A DNA stretch of 64,000 nucleotides, from contig OX597822.1 in NCBI GenBank assembly GCA_951406725.2, positions 30,938,001-31,002,000 of the forward strand. The letters run 5' to 3'. A model generated the notes under the pieces. The model saw nothing but the letters and a program-made list of their open reading frames with translations, had not been told where the DNA came from and did not search any database. The first letter of the stretch is position 1. Each line of letters opens with the position of its first letter. Made by a program: the position numbers and the translations under genes. Origin of the DNA: Octopus vulgaris. Taxonomy: Eukaryota. Below are positions 24,224 through 38,360 of the stretch, piece by piece.

Positions 24224-24419
24224 CGTATACAAATATGTCCGTGCATATATATGCGTATGTGTGTGAATGTTACGTATGAGTGTGTGTGTATCTATCTATA
24301 CACATATGTTTACTAGAAAACGTGTTGCAAGAACTTCGAAAAACCACATCACTTTCCCACATTACACTATGCTTTACCTTGGTTTTTCCATCGTTTGTTG
24401 GGGGTATAGCTTTTTTCAG

Positions 24420-24746
24420 TAGGAAAAGATCGGTTACAGCAAATATTCTACACAATACCAGAAATTTGCTTGTCAGTTGCTTGACCGTAACCAGTTGAGC
24501 ATGTCTCTTAGTGTGCATCTTTGTTCACGTGTAGGAGTAGCGGGGGAGCATCATAGCCATGTGTTGAGAGGAAGTCTTTGGGGTTTGAATAATTCACCTC
24601 TGGAAACATGCGTATTTAGTGCAACATCCTTAAACAAGCCTTGTTTTGAGACCTTTTGAGCAAGATGGGCTACTCGACCTGAAGAATATTCTAACTGGGC
24701 TCCACCTGCTAGGTCATGCGCTGCTTTATCATGCAATAATGATAAT

Positions 24747-24799
<53 letters not shown>

Positions 24800-25390
24800 T
24801 ATCAATAATACTACTACTAATAATAATAATAATAATGGATGCAGTACCAGGCAGTGGCTCTCATGGCTTCTGATCTTAACTGATTGGAAGTGTTATCATG
24901 TACATTGTTTTGTCTTGGTATAAAAGATGGGCTACAGCAAATATTCTGCTCAATACCACAGATTTGCTTGTCAGTTGTTTGACCTTAACCAGTTGAGCAT
25001 GTCCCTTAGTGGCTGACGATATGTGCATCTCTGATCACGAGCAGAAGTAGTGGGGGAGCATCATAGCCATGTGTTGAGAAGGATTCTTTGGGGTTTGAAT
25101 AATTCACCTCTGGAAACATGGGTGTTTCGTTCAATGTCCTTAAACAACTCTTATTCAGGGACCTTTTGAGCGGGATGGGTTACTCGATCTGAAGAAAATT
25201 CTAACTGGGCTCCACCTGCAAGGTCATGTGCTGTTTATCTTGATATGAGATCACCATGTCGCGCACATATGGTTGTGATGCATGTGCCTGGTGTACCCTT
25301 ATCAGACGGGTAGCCATGATGGGTATACTGGGCTTCGTATATTTTACCCCAGTGTCACTTTGATGGCATGCTCTGCTCGCTCACTCAATA
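24420..25390 (+). mobile_element. Two tandem copies (24420-24730 partial; 24835-25390) of a retroposon-like repeat ending in (AAT)n
   Basis: cagcaaatattct..gcttgtcagttg..gaataattcacctctggaaacatg..ctaactgggctccacctgc occurs twice, each copy followed by an AAT tract. A further fragment lies at about 23632-23700. Confidence 0.7.
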
Positions 25391-25425
25391 ATAATAATAA
25401 TAATGACGACGACGACGACGATGAC

Positions 25426-25480
<55 letters not shown>

Positions 25481-25537
25481 GTGATGATGATGGCGATGGT
25501 GATGGTGATGGTGATGGTGATGATGATGATGATGATG
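25388..25537. repeat. Compound (AAT)(GAC)(GAT)(GGT) trinucleotide repeat
   Basis: Directly visible. Confidence 0.95.
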
Positions 25538-25855
25538 CATTGTCATTTTAAAAAGTTTGTCGATATCAGCAGTTCGTTCTAGAGACAATAATCTACATAC
25601 TTTTTTTTGTTTTTCATCTGCATTTTCGGTTCTTTATTTCGTATTTCTTTTCGATTTTATCCGAGTACTTTCACATCATTTCCTTTGCATTGATACGATT
25701 TCAAATGTCAGTGTGTTATCTAGACAAGTAAATTTTAGAGGAAGTGAAATATAAATCGTGCCAGTCAGAAGATTGATTTTTTTTAGTGATTAATCGTTGA
25801 CACAAAAATCCAATTTAATTTTTCATTGTTTTTATCATAACTATATACAACTTAC

Positions 25856-25932
25856 CTTAGTTGAAGTCATATACAATGCGACAGGAAACATTCCAGCCAT
25901 TTGATATGCTAGCGTATATCTATGTATCATTC
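25856..25932 (-). CDS. Candidate internal coding exon, 77 nt (G-MIHRYTLAYQMAGMFPVALYMTSTK), gene unknown
   Basis: Acceptor catttgtttgtag|G and donor AAG|gtaagt. Exactly one open frame (phase 1 in, phase 0 out) in unique sequence. No recognised homology. Confidence 0.35.
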
Positions 25933-26924
25933 CTACAAACAAATGATGGTTATTATTTAAGAAAAGCCCTAGACTCTGAATTATTAGCACGCCGAGCAAA
26001 ATATTTGAGACATTTCGTTCGCCTTCAAGTTCTAAGTTCAATTTCCGCAGAGGTCAATTTTGCCTGTCATCCTTCCGGTTGTTGGTAAAATCAATACCAC
26101 TAGATCATCGGGATTGATGCAATCGACTCGGTCCCTCTCTCAAACTTTCTGGCCTTGTGTCATCTAACACTATGTGTATTTGCTTGAGACGTTATAATTT
26201 TTTATTCTTACCTGTTTTCACCTGATGAAAACGTTTTTTTCTTTTAGCATGATGTAACACTTATTTTTATTAAAAAGAAACATATCAGACACTAAGAAAC
26301 AGCTATAGTGAACTACAATCCATGCGTATTTATATACGATGGGCTTCTTTCCGTTTCCGTCTACCAACTTCACATGCAAAGCGTTGGTCTCGGTATGAGG
26401 CTATAGTAGGAAATTCTTGCCCAATGTGTGAAGCCGTGGGACTGAATCTGGAACAATGTTGCTGTGAAGCAAACTGTTTAAACACAGCTTTTCTTTATAA
26501 TGCTTTTACAAAATCTTGGTACAGAAATGGTAATTTTAGTGGACGGGTTTGTTCAATTAGATTGACACCGGTACTTGACTTCTACGATATTCTATCAACC
26601 CAGAGAGAATAAAAATCAAAGTTGACCTCAGCAGGATCGGAACTCAGAAAGTTAAGAACCCAAAGAAATTCCACTGAGCATTCTGTCCATGAAGCTAACG
26701 ATTCTGTCACTTCACCACCTTTATCTATTTGGCGTTGTTGGTTTACATAATAATCGATTATATCCATTCCACCAAATTTGAGACCTTGGGTCGTTCGAGT
26801 AATTATAGGCGATTTTATTGACTCTGGAAACCTCGGAGGGTAGTTATAACCGAATGTATTGGCTCTGGATTTTTCCCTTATCGCCTCTAGATGGATAAAA
26901 GTATCAAAGGTGAAACAAGAGTTA

Positions 26925-27080
26925 GAGAAAGTTGTGGTGAAAGAGTACAGCAGGGATCACCCCGTGGAGCTTTTAGGTGTTTTCGCTCAATAAACACTCA
27001 CAACGCCCGGTCTGGGAATCGAAACCGCGATCTTATGACCGCGAGTCCGCTGCCTTAACCACTGGGCCATTGCGCCTCCA
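26925..27080 (-). mobile_element. SINE family B 5' part with tRNA-like head
   Basis: Minus strand ggaggcgcaatggcccagtggttaaggcagcggactcgcgg..ggtttcgattccc carries A and B boxes. Confidence 0.9.
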
Positions 27081-28324
27081 AGATTTATCTGTGTAAACAT
27101 GAGAAAGAAAATTTATCGCATCCTTAAACGTAATCGCATCCACTTAAATGAGTTAACCCATATTTTTTCGAGCTTTATAGACGACGCAATTCCGTTACTT
27201 TTTCTCTGACAGGATATGGAACCAGCATTGTCAGCAAACAGTTGTCTATTATACAAAGTAATTAATAGATTTACTAGATAAAGTGTACGACACCAAATGT
27301 ATTTACTGTCACTAATTTTATTTGTCTAATGGATGTTAAGTAATTAAAGAATAAAAGAGCGTAGACGTTCAATGGCTCGGCTGCTACACAGTCGATTTAG
27401 CAAGCAGGTAGCTTTTAACATATTTGTTAAGCTATTTTTTTGAAATCCCACTCCAATTTCCTTGCGTAAAGGAGACAGTTCTTTCATAGCATCTATAACG
27501 AAAATGCACCAAATCAATTTTGCTTTATTGCAAGAAATATTATACTCAAGACCGCAGATGTGGAAGTGTTAAAGAGGTATCGAAATAATTATGAGACTAA
27601 GTTGTTCAGTGAATAAGCCTGGAGAGAGATATAACACAAATTACAGATTTCCGCTCTTAATGAGAAACTAATGATTTCATTTTTATTCATCTGATTTTGC
27701 ATTATATTTTTATATTATATATAGTTTATATATTTTATTTTATATTTCATTTGTTTTCCCTTTCTGTGCCTGGTACAACCATTCCAAATCTGCAGCTGCG
27801 TCGAAGGTCTTACTTTTGAATAATTTTTATTTATTTTATTAAAGTGTTATCATTAATACTTTTTTAACTCGTTTGTTAACATTTCAAAACCATGGAGAGA
27901 CTTCTTTTTACCACCTCACCATTTATCCTTTCCTTTACTGAGCTTCACAATTAACATCTCTAATGTCACAAGCAAGTATCGAGATTGTAATAGGATTTGA
28001 AAAAAAAAAAGCAAGTTGAGAGAAAATGCTAGCACACCACATCCCTCCCAAAATAAAAGCAACAATGAACGAAAACTATACGTTTAACTACTCAAGCTTA
28101 GGACGAAATGATTGATTTTCAATTGTTCTTTGGAGACTGACGTTAAAGAGATTCTTGTTTTTCTTTGACAGTCACTAAATACGATATTTTATAAAGGTTA
28201 AAAGAGCCTTTAAACATTTTTAATACATTATGGATCATTGAAATGTTTCCAATGTTTATATTTAAGGCTGTATACATGTGTGTGTGTATGTGTGTATGTG
28301 CGTGTGTGTATACTATATATATAC

Positions 28325-28355
<31 letters not shown>

Positions 28356-28370
28356 GTATATATATATATA

Positions 28371-28428
<58 letters not shown>

Positions 28429-28452
28429 GCATGTATGTATATTTATGTATGT

Positions 28453-28485
<33 letters not shown>

Positions 28486-28496
28486 AATATACATAA

Positions 28497-28542
<46 letters not shown>

Positions 28543-30314
28543 TTAAGTGCGTGAGTATCTGTGAGTGTGTGTGTATGTATGTCTGTATGTATGTATGTCT
28601 CTGTGTATGAATGTAAGTTAGTGTGTGTGCGTATAAACAAACAAAATACAAATAGAAAATGTTTTCTAGATAATTTTCGAAAGAGTTAACGCATTTGTGC
28701 AACGACCGTACATATGTAGCTAAAATATAATGTATTATGATATTTACAAAGAACCGAATTGTACAGGGAATTGTAAGATAGATGCATCAATGCAGAATAT
28801 ATGGGAACTAATATTTATTCAGGACTTTTACTGTATTGTTAACCAAACAGTTACCCATTACATTACTTATTACACATTCAAAGGAAAGTACTACGAGTTG
28901 CACAATTTGGATTAGTAGATATTCTAGACAAAGAATTTGCCACGATGTTCGTGCAACTGATCTGCAGGTATTACTGGGATCTTTGTGCGTTTAGCTTAGA
29001 CATAATCTAGTCCTTGTATTCTTAAATGTTTTCATCAAATTAAAAATTATTAACTGCCTTAATGTTGACGTCTTTGCTATGCATCATAATTCTTTGTGTA
29101 GGATATTTTCGATAAGTAATGAACGATCGTACGATCGTTAATATGAAAAACGAAGGATTTAAAAGTGCTTCTATACTATTATAATTTATCGAATTTGTCG
29201 CACACTTACTTCTGTAGAATAATGTGTATCATTAAACTATATTGGTTGCATGATGTATAAAGTACCCCAGATAATCAAAGATATTTTGTTATTTTGCCTA
29301 AATATATATCATATAATCCAAGGAGGAATTAATAAAAGTTTAATCTAATGATAACTCTCTTTTACCAAGAGCACCATTAGTAAGAATATGGAGAGCTTGT
29401 GAACTAAGTTAATTGTCATTCCACTTTGACCGATTTTCACAATCAAATTTCGGAAAAATATTTACAAGTGTTGTATTGGAGTACAGTCAGTTAGAATTTT
29501 GTTCTTTGATTGCATTCAAAATACATCGATATTGATCAAATCTGGAGATATTCGTGAATACGATTCAATATTCCCGTCAATCGAGACTGTGCCCGAGTGC
29601 AGCTGACTCAATTATAACGTTGATGGTTATTAAAACGTCAGAAAGTTCATTGCTCTTTACGTGTTCTTTAACATGTGTAGCCTCTGGGATCAAAATATAT
29701 CATGATTAATCGCTATATTCCTACGTAATGTCAAAATAATAACCATTAGTGGGATTATGGTTATAATGATAGGACGAAGTTGTCAGTAATGAAGACAAAC
29801 CGTCAATAATCTAAGCCTTAAATACCAGCTGTCAACAACGAATAAAACTATTGAATTCTTTTATAGAACGTAGGAGATAATGTAGAGTTATTTTAAATTT
29901 GAATCAAAAGTTTCACTGTTTCCTAGAATAATGCATTGAAAGAAAGAAGTTTGTCACGTCAGAACACCCAAATAAAATTTGGTAATTATCTGTCGATGCT
30001 GATATTCGCTTAATTCCAGAACTTTACGTTTAGACGATCGTAAAATGTGATATCTCAAGCAATATATCAAAAATTGAAGATAATATATTCCCGACGAAAA
30101 GTAGACATATGACAGGACTTATTTTATTTAACCAGTATCTTATGATCAGGATATGTTTTTTTATTAGCAATTATCGTTCAACTCAGTTACTCTGCGGTCA
30201 TCATTTTGTTAAGATAATGTCATATGGTCTAGGGTTATGGGGGCAGAATTGTATTAATTTAGTCTCCACTCTCGTTATATAATCTTCCTAGTTCTATATG
30301 AGTGCATACATACA

Positions 30315-30399
<85 letters not shown>

Positions 30400-30739
30400 T
30401 CGTAAGTTCGAGTAAAAAACAGCTTATACTTACAAAGAGTTGCTATACTAATTCATTTAATTTATATGGCACATAAGTAACAAGGATGTAACGGCGTCAA
30501 TGCATTACAGCCCACACAAGCGCCATAATACATTGACAGCTTGACATCCTTGTTACTTATTTGCTTTTTATTCACCTAAGAGCTGCGCGGACTTCAACAG
30601 ACTTGATACCTCAAATTCAACAGAATCTTGATTAGTTATCATATAATCCAAGGAGGAATTAAAAAATGTTTAATGTAATGATGACTCTCATTCACCCAGA
30701 GCACCACTAGTATGAATATGGAAAGCTTGTAAACTTTAT

Positions 30740-30822
<83 letters not shown>

Positions 30823-31163
30823 CGGTCAGACAGTCCGAATGAAACATTTGGGATCGCTTAACTTAGCTTTGAAGCTGTTGACGTTGACAAGAGTTCCTGT
30901 TCCTACTGTAAATGTAAGGAAAATTGAGGCCAACGAAAATTTGCTCGCCATTTTAATTCTTACAGTTACTGTTTAGCCATGCTTTAAAATTCTATACATT
31001 AATTCAATGTAGTGCAGAGGTCTTCGGTTTCTTTCTCTTTTACTATGGTCACGCTGTATTGGTATTTTCGTATTTAACTTCACATTATTTCATTATCTCA
31101 ACTGCATGCATCTAAATTGTGGCTCCTCCGTATACTTTTCACTTACTCATAGATATCATAGTA

Positions 31164-31562
31164 GGCGTAGGAGTGGCTGTGTGGTAGGTAGCTTGCTTAC
31201 GAACCACATGGTTCCGGGTTTAGTGCCATTGCGTAGCACCTTGGGCAAGTGTCTTCTACTATAGCCTCGGGCCAACAAATGCCTTGTGAATGGATTTGAT
31301 AGACGGAAACTGAAAGAAGCCCGTCGTATATATGTATAAATATATTTATGTATATGATTGTGTGTCTGTGTTTGTTCGCCCAACATCGCTGTGTTGGTGG
31401 TGTGTTTAAGTCCCCGTAACTTAGCGGTTCGGCAAAACAAAACCGATAGAATAAGTACTAGGCTTACAAAGAATAAGTCCTGGGGTGGAATTGCTCGACT
31501 GAAGGCGGTGCTTCAGCATGGCCACAGTCAAATGACTTAAACAAGTAAGAGGGTAAAAGAGA
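31164..31562 (+). mobile_element. SINE family A
   Basis: Full head-microsatellite-tail structure. Confidence 0.9.
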
Positions 31563-31782
31563 GAGAATCTCATTCTGATTTATTTTTCTCGACATTCTTC
31601 TCTGGTCTTTAAATATCTATGTATACAATGTCATATTTTTCTCTCATAATAGCTTGTTTTGCATGCATGTCTGTGTGGCTAAGTAACTTGCTTTTCAACC
31701 ACATGGCTAAAAAATATGTTATTATACATGTATAAATGCATATATATATATATATATATATGCATACATACATATATATATA

Positions 31783-31849
<67 letters not shown>

Positions 31850-32159
31850 GGACTTTATACTTTTACTTCCGACATATGTTTCGAAGATATCACTGATATT
31901 ATTCCCAAGGAATGAAATGATGTAAAACAATGTAATCTTCTCTTAAGGGAAGTGACGAAATGAAATACGCCAATAAGACATTTTGACTTCATTTATTTAT
32001 TTATATATTATACAACAATTTCACGTAAACCCGAATTTCCTACCTTTAAAAACAAGGAGTTACAACCTCTTTACTTGTGTGATTGTTTGCTACCCTGGTA
32101 ACTATTTATCTGTTTTTTTCCGAGTTAATTGTTAACAAGGGAAAATACACACATTAGTT

Positions 32160-32193
<34 letters not shown>

Positions 32194-32788
32194 GTTAATA
32201 TTTATATATGTGTGTATAGTTATAGTATATTTTGTTAAGAACATAGTACAGTACAGTATAAAGCTCGGCCACCTTCAGATTTACACTCTGCTATCTAGTA
32301 CTTGTATTATACGTAATTTCAGGTTTGAGCATCAGTTGTATGTGAATAGATAATTTTTTAAAATGGAGTCAGCAAGAAGTGGGACGTTTGGACGTTTATT
32401 TTTTAATCACTACAATTGTTTCCACGCAACTTAGTTTACCAGGTGTGCAGGTATTTGATCATGTAACTGTTTCCTTGTATTATGAGATTTAGTTATGTTT
32501 TCTAAGTCGATATGTAAATATTGTCACCTCGGCTTCAAGAACATCCTCTCTGTCTGTCGTCACCTGAATTTAGTAGTATCTCTGAGCTTATCAGGGTGTG
32601 TTGCTGCTGAAGGGCTGTTGGCAAACTGCTCTGAATGTGTAGACATAGTACAAAGAAATAAAATACCAATCCCTTTAAAACGTTAATCACTTTAACAGTA
32701 CGAGAATTATCATATCCACAACCAGTCACCATACCCATTAAATTTACACATTCAAAGCAGCTTGCCAACGGCCCTTCCAAAGGGAATA

Positions 32789-32854
<66 letters not shown>

Positions 32855-32929
32855 GAAAAATTAAAATTACTAAGTCTCTCTAAAAGAGATTACGGCAGCG
32901 TTACTGGAAATTAATTGTTATCGCCAATT

Positions 32930-33224
32930 GTTATCGCCAATATGACAGTCTTATAGATATAAGACTAAAGCTGTCGCTGATTAGCTCCATGAGGCCATCG
33001 CCTTAAGCTAGCTATTTGACACACAAACTGCGTCCATTATAACCTTCGAACAAGGGAGGTCAGCTGTCTGACTGACAGTGTGAAGCGGCTGACCTCCCTT
33101 GTTCGAAGGTTATAATGGACACAGTTTGTGTGTCAAATAGCTAGCTTAAGGCGATGGCCTTATGGAGCTAATCAGCGACAGCTTTAGTCTTATATCTATA
33201 AGACTGCCATATTAATATGGCGAT

Positions 33225-33227
<3 letters not shown>
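32930..33227. mobile_element. Near-perfect hairpin (foldback/MITE-like) element
   Basis: 126-bp arms (32939-33064 and 33088-33213) with 3 transition mismatches and a 23-nt loop. Outer gttatcgcca/tggcgataac ends; abuts (TA)n. Confidence 0.85.
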
Positions 33228-33280
<53 letters not shown>

Positions 33281-33658
33281 TGCCTATCTTTTGCATCTTA
33301 TCTCTAGGGGTTTCAGATTGTTTTTTAACCTCTTCCAGTCTCTCAGCTGATGTACAATCTCCTTCGTGTGGCGACGTTGGATTACCTCGCGTTCCGCTGT
33401 TAGTTTGACGCTGTCTGACGACCAAATGTGGGAGTACTAAACTTGAGGGTTCTCCACACGGAATATCCTTCTGTTTCAGTATTCAATTAACCTCACCTAT
33501 ACAGTGTTGATACCTTTGAAATAGGAACTTGGAATAATGCATCATTGCTGTCGAGTTATGAAATTATATACTTTCTTCTAAGTATTGTGTATTTAATATG
33601 CTCTATGTAAATGTATTTGTATATAAGTAGGCGCTGGCGTAGCTCTGAGGTAAAAAGT

Positions 33659-33800
33659 TTGCTTCCCAGAGACATGTTTCCGGGTTCAGTTCCATTGCAT
33701 GGCACCTTCGGCAAGCGTCCTGCCAAGGCTATAATAGAAGAAAGTTGCTGAAGGTCTGATGCAATGGAACTGAACCCGTAACCATGTGTCTGGGAAGCAA
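33659..33800. repeat. Hairpin made of two inverted SINE A-type heads
   Basis: ttgcttcccagagacatg..ggttcagttccattgcat..ccttcggcaa (33659-33714) versus its reverse complement at 33745-33800. Confidence 0.8.
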
Positions 33801-34556
33801 GTTTCTTATGTATGTGTGGGTGTGTATATGTGTGTATAATTACGACCTGTACGCTTAACTCTTTACTTGACCTTTCCTCCCTGCCCGTCTGTCTTCCTCT
33901 CTACCTGTCTCTCTCCCTCTCTTATTTTTCACCCTTTCTGGTTTCTTCTCTCCCTTTCACTGTTCCTCCTCCTCCACCTCCCTCTCGTCGCTGACCAGAA
34001 GGCTACTAACTTTCTTTCTGTCTACTGCCTTCAACAAGTCACCATCGGCTTTTTCTGTCCTCGCAAACCGTTCTTCAGAATGCGTTCAAATGAATTTTTC
34101 CACCATCTAGGCTTAAAAAGCCCTTATTGTTGGTTTACTTGCCCTGTCTTTTACTGTTTTTTTCTTTATTTGTATTGCTTTTACGTCCTGTTCTTGTCAC
34201 CTTTTATTACCCCTCCGCAAACAAATTTTATTTAATTCGCTTTGCGGGAAGGATTGCTTCAACGTAGTTGTGTTCTGCCCTTACCTTCGAGACACGCAAT
34301 AAGTCGAAACAGGAGCAGCTGAAGAAGGGGAATGTTCCATGTGTTATTTGTCTTGTACTCTGTTTTTTCGTTGTTAAACAAGTCCGTTTCCTTGTTTTGT
34401 TTTTATGTTTTCGTTTCTCGTTGTTCTACGTTTTTTGTGGTGTCCTGTACCCATATATGCATGTATATATACATATAGATATAGATATGTACTTATATGT
34501 ATGTATGTATATGTTTTATTTATTAAATTGTTATTATATATATATATATATAGATA

Positions 34557-34591
<35 letters not shown>

Positions 34592-34630
34592 CGCGCGTGT
34601 GTATGTATGTATATATATATATACATATAT

Positions 34631-34738
<108 letters not shown>

Positions 34739-35784
34739 GGTAGAGGTATACATAGTGATAGGCCGATAGACAATCAGAGAAAGAATGAGTGAAATCGAGA
34801 GAACTAGATATGGAGTGGGTTTAGTGGCTTCCATTTAGTTGTCAGTATTTGAATGGGGACCGTTTTGAGGATGCATTCCTTTAACCCCACCACCTTTCGA
34901 TTTTGAGACACTTTATTGGGCTCTTGGATGTGCGATTAGATACTATCCTATCTAAAAGACGAAAGTATTCGAATAGTCAGCATTCTACTACATTCAATTC
35001 CTGCAAGAATTTAAAACATTCCGTTAGATATTCAGTATTTCAGTTATTCTATGATGCATCTATTTATTAGATTACGGCATTGCTGTGACTATAAGGCAGT
35101 TGAGATGCAGATATAGAATCATAAAATCATAAAAATATTTCATTCACGTGGACATGTTTATTAGAACATATGAAAGCGAGGCTATGAACTGGATCTTGTG
35201 ATCAATCTAATATAAGATTCCTTTATTTGAAATGCTTCCATTTCACAATGAGAATTACTTCAATAGTGTAAACAAATTCTTTCTTTCGACTGATTCGCTG
35301 AAACTAAGTTTGTTGACAAAACCGAAGTCTATTCGCGCAGAGAAATTTGATTTCCATATATCTTCTAAGAAAATTTTGATCGGTTAGCAGAATCAATGAC
35401 TGTTGTAAACAACGGCTTTGTGGTGCATATCGCATTTGATCATATTTTTGAAGTTGCTGAGGGCTTCCCTTAGATATCACAGACTTTCACTAAACACTTC
35501 ACGTTTTCTTCTGTTTGCACAAATACCAGTATTTCTTACGAAAATATTTTGACCGAATTCAAGTAACATCTGTGTGGTTTAAGGGCACTGGTAAGAATCT
35601 TTTAAGAAATGGGATGTTCTTTTGTATGGTTTGACAAAGAAGGGATATTGATCGGCAGACTGAATATTTCCTGCCACATATTCTAGTGAATATGTCAATA
35701 TGCTTTGAGAGGAATCTCGTTGACAGAATCCCAGTTTGTTCCCGAATTGGATGTGTGCATGCTTATATGTATGTACGTACGTAC

Positions 35785-35815
<31 letters not shown>

Positions 35816-35965
35816 TGTATGTATGTATGTATGTATGTATGTGTATTTATGTATGTATGTACGTCGTATGTACGGATGTATGTATATACATTTGTATGTA
35901 TGTTCATTATATATATATATGTGAGTGTGTGTGTTTGTATATATATATATATATATATATATAGT

Positions 35966-36173
35966 CTTTTTTTTATTCTTTTAATTGTTTCAGTCATTTT
36001 GATTGCGGCCATGCTGGAGCACCGCCTTTAGTCGAGCAAATCGATCCCAGGATTTATTCTTTGTAAGCCTAGTACTTCTTCTATCGGTCTCTTTTGCCGA
36101 ACCGCTAAGTTACGGGGACGTAAACACAACAGCATAAGTTGTCAAGCGATGTTGGGGACACACTCACAAACAT

Positions 36174-36249
<76 letters not shown>

Positions 36250-36417
36250 GTGTACGACGGGCTTTTTTTAGTTTCTGTCTACCAAATCCACTCACAAGGC
36301 TTTGGTCGGCCCGAGGCTATAGTAGAAGACACTTGCCCAAGGTGCCACGCAGTGGTACTGAACCCGTAACTATGTGGTTGGTAAGCAAGCTACCTACCAC
36401 ACACCCACTCCTGCGCC
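35966..36417 (-). mobile_element. SINE family A
   Basis: Full-length reverse-strand copy with expanded (CA)n(TA)n. Confidence 0.9.
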
Positions 36418-36546
36418 TGTATATACATACACACACATATGCATATGGTGACTAGTATATTCCGTTAGCCATTTGTGAATGTATGCATAACTAGAGTACA
36501 AATCAATGTTTACTTTAGTAAGTACGTATCTGTCCTCACATATACA

Positions 36547-36603
<57 letters not shown>

Positions 36604-37004
36604 GGTCCCGGGTTGATTCGGGGTTAACCACAGTAAATAAGGTACTCAATACATAGCAGAGTAACATTAATTTATTATATAGAAGGAGCTTCTACAGGAC
36701 TAGAACTGTTTCATTCAAGAGAAATCTTCAGGAAGCTAGTTAACAAGAATTGTATTGGCATCTATACATTTAGGCAGGTTTAAAGGGGTGTTGGTGGGGG
36801 ACTTTTTGGGGGTAGGCATAGCGCAAAAAATCATACTTGGGGGAGTGGTCAAGGAGTCAGTGTTAAATTAGATAGAAGAATAAATAAAAAATAAAATAAT
36901 AAAAAAATAAAAAAATAAAATAAAATAATAAAAAAATAAAAAAATATATATATAAAAAAAGGGGAATAGAGTTTTAGGTAAATAAGGAGATTCTCACTTA
37001 TACC

Positions 37005-37378
37005 TATGCACATATGTATACATATATACACACACATACAAACATATATACATATACATACACACATACATACACACACATATATATACATATATAAACA
37101 CTTACACATACATATACATATCTACACATACACATATATGTATACATACACACACTCACATGCATACACGTATACACACATGTATATATACACACACGAC
37201 CACACATACATATACACACAGAAAAATATATATACACATACACACACATATACTCACATACCCGCATACACACACATATCCACACACACACATGCACACA
37301 CAGCACACTAGTCCCTATATACACATATATACACATACACACATATATATATACACACACATACATACATATACATAC

Positions 37379-37413
<35 letters not shown>

Positions 37414-37791
37414 CATATGTGTACCTATGCATACCTACACATACACACATATATATACACATACAAATACAGACCCATTCCCTAATTTTAATTTTATTAT
37501 CTTCGTTTATTACTTTTGTTATCTTTGGCCGCATGGTCACAAACATCTTGGCTATGACAGCCAGTCCATTTATCTGTCTACTGGAAAACAAGCACTCATT
37601 CACTCACACACACTCTTTAGCACGTACACTCACTCATTCGTACACTCATACACATACACGCACGCACGCGTTATATTCATACATACATACATCTGCATAC
37701 ATTCACGTATATACACTCTTAGAAGGCTAGTCTATACATATACACCAATAAATATAAATACACACACATACATATACACCTACATACAGAT

Positions 37792-37847
<56 letters not shown>

Positions 37848-38028
37848 TCACATATATATACACATATATATACATACATATACATACATACACATACACA
37901 CATACATACACACATACACATACATACATATACACACATACACATACATACGTATACATACATACATACATCCATACATCCATACATACATACATTTATA
38001 CACATACACACACCCACATACATATATA

Positions 38029-38072
<44 letters not shown>

Positions 38073-38360
38073 TACACACACATACATATACAAACATACA
38101 AATACAAATATACGCACACACATACATACATACTCATATACACATACACGCACATACACATGTACATGCGTACCCATACACACACACACACGCGCGCATC
38201 CATATATACACATAAGTACACACATGCGTAAAAGTATACATATATCTATGCTTACACATACACACACACACACACGCGCCTCCTTATATTCATACTTACA
38301 TGCATACTCAAAAAATAAGTATATATTTTGATCGGTTATATATATATATATATATGCATG
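37005..38360. repeat. Degenerate (CA/TA)-rich low-complexity block with a short unique core (about 37465-37620)
   Basis: Mixed ACAT/ACAC/ATAT units; source of the 351-aa H/T/Y/I pseudo-ORF. Confidence 0.9.

Noticed and set aside
32558-32646. ATG-initiated minus-strand peptide MSTHSEQFANSPSAATHPDKLRDTTKFR
   Set aside because: Ends in a stop unless a weak GTGACG donor is used, and it overlaps an inverted-repeat arm.
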